This document shows positions 6,221-10,496 of a stretch of 10,496 nucleotides of DNA, piece by piece. The notes beneath the pieces were generated by a model that was not told the origin of the DNA, ran no database searches, and worked only from the letters and a program-made list of their open reading frames with translations. Made by a program: the position numbers and the translations under genes. The stretch spans positions 1 through 10,496 of the forward strand of contig DXJL01000209.1 of NCBI GenBank assembly GCA_019057635.1, in the 5' to 3' direction. The first letter of the stretch is position 1; every line of letters starts with the position of its first letter. The stretch comes from Candidatus Heimdallarchaeota archaeon. Its GTDB lineage: Archaea > Asgardarchaeota > Heimdallarchaeia > Hodarchaeales > Hodarchaeaceae.

Positions 6221-7420
6221 TCAAGGATGGTTGAACAATCCTAATTCTTCATGTTTTTGTACAATTTCTTCAATAAGGTTATCCAAAAGGGCAAAATCTT
6301 CATCACGTGGTTTTCCTTTGATGATCACAGGATTAAAGAGGTCAACTTTTAATTTAGGAATCAAATTGACGATTTGATCAACTATACTACCTTTCCAACC
6401 ATATGACCCTATCACAGTAGCAAATTTCACTTTTGGTCGAAGTAAATTAGCTAGGTAAACAGCGTAAACCACCGCTGGATGTGGACCTGTCAGGACAGTT
6501 GGTGAGCCTATAACAATCGTGGCAGTATCAACGAGACTCATTGCTAACTCTCCTATGTCAGTTGCTGTTAACATGAATGGTTTTACAGTTATTCCCCTTT
6601 TAATCAGATTTTCAGTGAGATATTTTACCATTTTTTCAGTACTGCCGTACATTGACACATAGGGAATGACCACTTCATTTTTTACTGTATCTGACACCCA
6701 CTCTTTATACGCGTTTATTATGAACTCAGGATCATTATAGATTAGACCATGACTTGTAGCTATGAGACTAATGTTTAGTTTATCAATAATTTCTAGGTGT
6801 TTTTTGATGATCTTTCTGAAAGGCATCATTATTTCAGCATAGTACCGCTTTGCAGCATTATATACATAATTATCATTAGATGAATAAATCTCACTTGAAG
6901 CAATATGATTTCCTAAAAAGTCACCAGAGAATAATATATTTTCTTCATTCAAATAAGTAAACATCGTTTCAGGCCAATGGACCCACGGAGCGGGTATAAA
7001 ATTCAGTGTTCGTCCACCTAGATCAATAGAACTCTCCTTTGTCACGATCATGAATGTCTCTGGTGCGATATGAAGTAGATTCACTAAGATCTCTTTACAT
7101 TTTTCCATGCACACAATTTTTGCGTTTGGATACAAGGCTAATACATCCTTAATAGCACCAGAATGATCAGGTTCTGCATGATTGGTAATAATATAGTCGA
7201 TTTTTTCTAGCGATAAGGATTGAAGATCGTTCAAGAATGGCTCAATCTTTCGGATATCGGATGAATCAATTAAAGCATTATGAGTAGTCCCTTTAATCAC
7301 ATAAGCATTATAACTTGTTCCATCTGGTAAAGGAATCAATTCATCAAATAAGCGTCTTTCCCAATCATTAGTGGAGATTATCCAAATTCCAGTTTTAATT
7401 TCTTTGAGCATCTTTTTCAC
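6221..7420 (-). CDS. fprA: Flavodiiron protein (FprA / A-type flavoprotein; metallo-beta-lactamase plus flavodoxin domains)
   Basis: GTSYNAY, di-iron ligands HAEPDH, HWPE, SGDFLG, SHG, and flavodoxin loop SMYGST / GSPT / GSYGW. GTG start at 7420 (ATG at 7411 is an alternative). Confidence 0.95.
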   Translation of the reverse strand: MKKMLKEIKTGIWIISTNDWERRLFDELIPLPDGTSYNAYVIKGTTHNALIDSSDIRKIEPFLNDLQSLSLEKIDYIITNHAEPDHSGAIKDVLALYPNAKIVCMEKCKEILVNLLHIAPETFMIVTKESSIDLGGRTLNFIPAPWVHWPETMFTYLNEENILFSGDFLGNHIASSEIYSSNDNYVYNAAKRYYAEIMMPFRKIIKKHLEIIDKLNISLIATSHGLIYNDPEFIINAYKEWVSDTVKNEVVIPYVSMYGSTEKMVKYLTENLIKRGITVKPFMLTATDIGELAMSLVDTATIVIGSPTVLTGPHPAVVYAVYLANLLRPKVKFATVIGSYGWKGSIVDQIVNLIPKLKVDLFNPVIIKGKPRDEDFALLDNLIEEIVQKHEELGLFNHP

Positions 7421-7949
7421 CCATTATATCTGTTAATTTTCCCGAATAAGCAATCTCTTTGGTTCTTGTTGAGTATTTCCTGTGATAAATAATTTTCTAT
7501 TATGAATATACACCCATTTTGCCATTGAATAACTTCCTTAATTCTTGAGAGCTAATCGAATGACTCCCAAATCCAAGACCGTCTCAAAGATGAATGAACA
7601 TCAGAGCCAATATTTCCAAAATATATGGAACTTTTATTAGTGAAATCGAGGTATACTCAACGATATGGATTTCTAATAAGTATAACCTATGAAAACAAGT
7701 CTTAACGAAATGAGAGAAGGTGATATTTATTGATATACAATTGAGTATATTCGTTATTAGCAGTTTATTCTTAAGAGTATATCTATTCTTTGAAGATTAA
7801 CAAATAAAATCATTCAAATCAATAAAAATATGTTTTTATTACCCCACACACACACTGGGGTCGTGAGAGGTATTTACCTTGTCGAAAATTACGATATTTA
7901 CGTGTTAATTTGGTTCTTATTTTGCTTTGTGTAATTTCGTGGAACATTG

Positions 7950-8417
7950 TTAGACTTCGGATAAAACTACACTAGTCACTGTCTTCTCAACTCCCTCAAT
8001 ATCCCGAAGTTTTTTCACAACGAAAGAATTGAGGTCATCTACATCGGCAACGGATACCTTAATGATTAAATCAGTCTCTCCTGTGACAATAGCCACTTCA
8101 TCAACTTCCGTAAGGGCATTGATTTGTCGAGCTACTCTAGGTTGACTTATTTTTTCCCCAGTTGAGGTTCGATATGAAATCGTACAAAAGATGTAAGCAG
8201 ATAATCCTTTCCCAATTAACTTTTTATTCAGCTTTACCGTATATTTCTCAATAACTCCATCAGACTCCAACTTTTTCATTCGGTTGTAAACTGTTGTTTG
8301 AGGAATATTTGTTTCTTTATAAATTTCGTTTGTATTTAACCGTGAATTCTGTGTAAGGAGTTTAAGAATTTTTTTATCTTTATCATCTAAGGTGCGAACT
8401 TGAGAAGATTCTGGCAT
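7950..8417 (-). CDS. Lrp/AsnC family transcriptional regulator
   Basis: LDDKDKKILKLL...NSR...TVYNRMKKLESDGVI helix-turn-helix and VTGETDLIIKV RAM domain. I prefer the start at 8417 (MPESS) to the track's 8441 because the extension overlaps the operator-like palindrome. Confidence 0.93.
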   Translation of the reverse strand: MPESSQVRTLDDKDKKILKLLTQNSRLNTNEIYKETNIPQTTVYNRMKKLESDGVIEKYTVKLNKKLIGKGLSAYIFCTISYRTSTGEKISQPRVARQINALTEVDEVAIVTGETDLIIKVSVADVDDLNSFVVKKLRDIEGVEKTVTSVVLSEV

Positions 8418-8511
8418 ATGGAAAAATTTTCCACTTTTCATTATAAGTTTAACTATATATGAATATTTTTTCCACTTTTTTTGCGTTAATATTATATGAA
8501 ACTAATTTTTA
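8416..8511. promoter_or_regulatory. Divergent promoter region with putative Lrp operators
   Basis: Perfect 7-1-7 palindrome TGGAAAA-A-TTTTCCA (8419-8433); degenerate copies TGAATATTTTTTCCA (8460-8474) and TGAAACTAATTTTTA (8497-8511). 8416-8438 and 8457-8479 match at 19 of 23 positions. Confidence 0.6.
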
Positions 8512-8536
8512 TGGAGAGATAGTTAATTATTTTGAT

Positions 8537-9493
8537 ATGGTGAATACAGTGACATTAAAGACAGTTCAACGTGTATCTTTACCTACATTGACTACAAGTG
8601 AAGATCTAGCAACAACTTTGAAAATTCAGACAGTAATCTTAAAGTCAATTCATGATTTTTTGTACAAAGAGGGATTAATCCAATTAATGCCAGTAATCCT
8701 CTCTCCAATTACAGATCCTTTGTCCCATCCTGTTCACAAGGCTGAGATTGACTATTTAGGACAAAAATTACAATTAATGAAAAGCATGATTCTTCATAAA
8801 CAAATTGCAATAGCAAAATTGGAAGTGAAGGGAATATATATCGTGTCTCCTAACATCAGGCTTGAGTCAGGAGAAAAGTATCTCTCCAGTGACAAGCACC
8901 TACTCGAATTTTCACAGGTAGATATCGAGCTAAGAAATGGGACCTCTGAAGAATTTATGTCCCTTTTAGAAGATCTAATTGTTTATATATTTTCGAAACT
9001 CCAAATTGACTGCAAGGAGGAATTAGCTCGTTTAGGTGTGGATTTAGGAGGCCCTTCTCCCCCATTTAAACGGTTTAGTAGCCATCAATTAAAACAACAA
9101 TTTGGAGATGATTTTGAAAAACAAATTTCCTTAATGGAGAAAGAACCATTTTGGATTACGGATTTTGAGCGAGAATTTTACGATAAAGAAGACCCCGCAA
9201 GTAAAGGCCATTATTTAAACTATGATCTGGTTTATCCTGAGGGCTTTGGTGAGGGCCTTTCAGGTGGTGAACGGGATTTCCAATATGACATTTTACTGAG
9301 AAAGCTGATGGAACGCAAACAAGATCCTAAAGACTTCACTTACTATATGGATTTGGCGAAAAGTGGGAGCTTAGTTCCAAGTGCGGGAGGAGGATTGGGA
9401 GTAGAACGTCTTGTTAGATTCATTACAAAGAAGAAAAAAATTTCAGAAATAACTCCGTTTCCGAAAATACCTAGTAAGAAAATTCTATTGTAG
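8537..9493 (+). CDS. asnA: Archaeal-type ammonia-dependent asparagine synthetase (AsnRS/AspRS catalytic-core paralogue lacking the anticodon domain)
   Basis: PVILSPITDPL, SMILHKQ, SPNIRLE, HLLEFSQVDIE, REFYD, NYDLVYPEGFGEGLSGGER, SAGGGLGVERL. Likely start is ATG 8537; the track's 8459 extension runs through promoter DNA. Confidence 0.9.
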   Translation: MVNTVTLKTVQRVSLPTLTTSEDLATTLKIQTVILKSIHDFLYKEGLIQLMPVILSPITDPLSHPVHKAEIDYLGQKLQLMKSMILHKQIAIAKLEVKGIYIVSPNIRLESGEKYLSSDKHLLEFSQVDIELRNGTSEEFMSLLEDLIVYIFSKLQIDCKEELARLGVDLGGPSPPFKRFSSHQLKQQFGDDFEKQISLMEKEPFWITDFEREFYDKEDPASKGHYLNYDLVYPEGFGEGLSGGERDFQYDILLRKLMERKQDPKDFTYYMDLAKSGSLVPSAGGGLGVERLVRFITKKKKISEITPFPKIPSKKILL

Positions 9494-9495
9494 CA

Positions 9496-9519
9496 TTTAC
9501 TTGTTTTTCCTTTCTTTCT
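9496..9519 (+). terminator. Probable U-rich terminator
   Basis: TTTACTTGTTTTTCCTTTCTTTCT directly after TAG 9491-9493. Confidence 0.45.
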
Positions 9520-9541
9520 AGTAGAAATAAACTATAGGTAA

Positions 9542-9712
9542 GATTATCCTATCTACAGAGTAATGGGAATTGGATTGAAACGAATGACAGGTGTTGGTAA
9601 TGGTGACCAAATTTGTGATTTTAGGTTTAAGAAATCATATAACACTTCTTATGGCTGGCCCCCAGAGGAATTACCTGAATTAAAGCTTGAGGATGAAAAT
9701 TTAAGAGTGTAA
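9542..9712 (+). pseudogene. C-terminal relic of an L-2-amino-thiazoline-4-carboxylic acid (ATC) hydrolase family gene
   Basis: Manual translation DYPIYRVMGIGLKRMTGVGNGDQICDFRFKKSYNTSYGWPPEELPELKLEDENLRV* fits the family pattern D-[FY]...G-x-x-L-x-R...G-x-x-x-C-D-F-R-F as I recall it. An in-frame TAA (9539-9541) precedes it and there is no room for the N-terminus. Confidence 0.65.
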
Positions 9713-10200
9713 GCGACTATTTCAGTAGGAATTAACCAAAGTTTTTACTTATCATAGCAGCTGACTCATCAGCGTTATAACATTCATTAGGTAAAGATTT
9801 TCCCTTTTTTTTCTATTCCGTAGATAATATAAGGCTGAGATACATATGAGTTCTACAAAGCAACATGATTTTTTTTTTAAAACCCCTTGTCGAGGATGAG
9901 TTTGATTATTTCTCTCTTTCGAGTAATAATATTTATTCCTTCTAGAGCAGATTCTTGATATTCACACCTGAAAAAAGAAAAGTAAGATAGCAAACTCCTT
10001 CTGGGTCGATGAAGTCATAGACTCTTTAAAGCTTCGATACAAGTAAACAGAATAAGCTCCTTAACATTACGAATTTAACAAGGAAATTTGTTATTTATCT
10101 GTTAAAAACAGTTTTCCAACCTTTAAAAACCTATTTTGGGATTGATATTCTCAGGAAAAGAAATTTGAATATTAAATAATAGATAATGGGGTTAATTAAT

Positions 10201-10496
10201 ATGATCACAAAAACAAAAATCATCTGTACCATTGGACCAGCCTCTGAAGATCCAGATGTCTTTAAGAAGTTAATTGAGGAAGGAATGAATGTATGTCGCC
10301 TTAATTTCAGCCATGGTACTTATTCAGATCATAAAACTCGATTTGAGCTTATTAAAGAGAATAACGACGATCTAGCAGTCTTGATTGATTTATGTGGTCC
10401 GAAAATTCGAACTGGAGAAATAATGGAAGGAACCGTGATTGCGACAGATCAGGAATTTAGAATCACAGCAGATATGGATCTAGAAGGAAATTCTGA
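10201..10496 (+). CDS. pyk: Pyruvate kinase, 5' part (runs off the window)
   Basis: Manual translation MITKTKIICTIGPASEDPDVFKKLIEEGMNVCRLNFSHGTYSDHKTRF...AVLIDLCGPKIRTG; TKIICTIGPAS, RLNFSHG and D-x-x-GPKIRTG are diagnostic. An in-frame alternative ATG lies at 10186. Confidence 0.96.
   Translation, partial: MITKTKIICTIGPASEDPDVFKKLIEEGMNVCRLNFSHGTYSDHKTRFELIKENNDDLAVLIDLCGPKIRTGEIMEGTVIATDQEFRITADMDLEGNS

Noticed and set aside
7421-7820. Possible gene relic in the long intergenic region (ETVLDLG-like peptide on the minus strand)
   Set aside because: Very short match among frequent stops; not supportable.
9710-9780. Hammerhead-like core on the minus strand (CUGAUGAG...GAAA UAG UC)
   Set aside because: Stems I and II do not pair properly, and the core sits in a simple GCTGA/TCAGC hairpin (9760-9773).
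1-10496. CRISPR array, tRNA or rRNA
   Set aside because: No regularly spaced repeats or cloverleaf/rRNA signatures seen by eye.

Overview
AT-rich, archaeal-looking window (archaeal-type asparagine synthetase, Lrp/AsnC regulator, oligo-T terminators; an Asgard/Heimdallarchaeia origin is plausible but is only inference). In order it holds: the 3' end of a Cys-rich flavodoxin-fold gene (+); an alpha/beta hydrolase (-); a 4-TM membrane protein (-); a two-subunit ATP citrate lyase operon aclB-aclA (-); a flavodiiron protein FprA (-); a divergent Lrp/AsnC regulator and AsnRS-like asparagine synthetase pair with palindromic operator-like sites; a relic of an ATC-hydrolase-family gene; and the 5' end of pyruvate kinase (missing from the ORF track). 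The most unusual feature is that the hydrolase is split by a 357-bp insertion bounded by a 6-bp direct repeat (CATGAT at 472-477 and 829-834). Removing it exactly restores a 303-aa frame with a full Ser-Asp-His triad. The insert encodes no recognisable protein, is GC-enriched and appears to fold as RNA on the mRNA strand. It could be a non-autonomous mobile element, an mRNA intron or a translational-bypass element; the sequence alone cannot decide.
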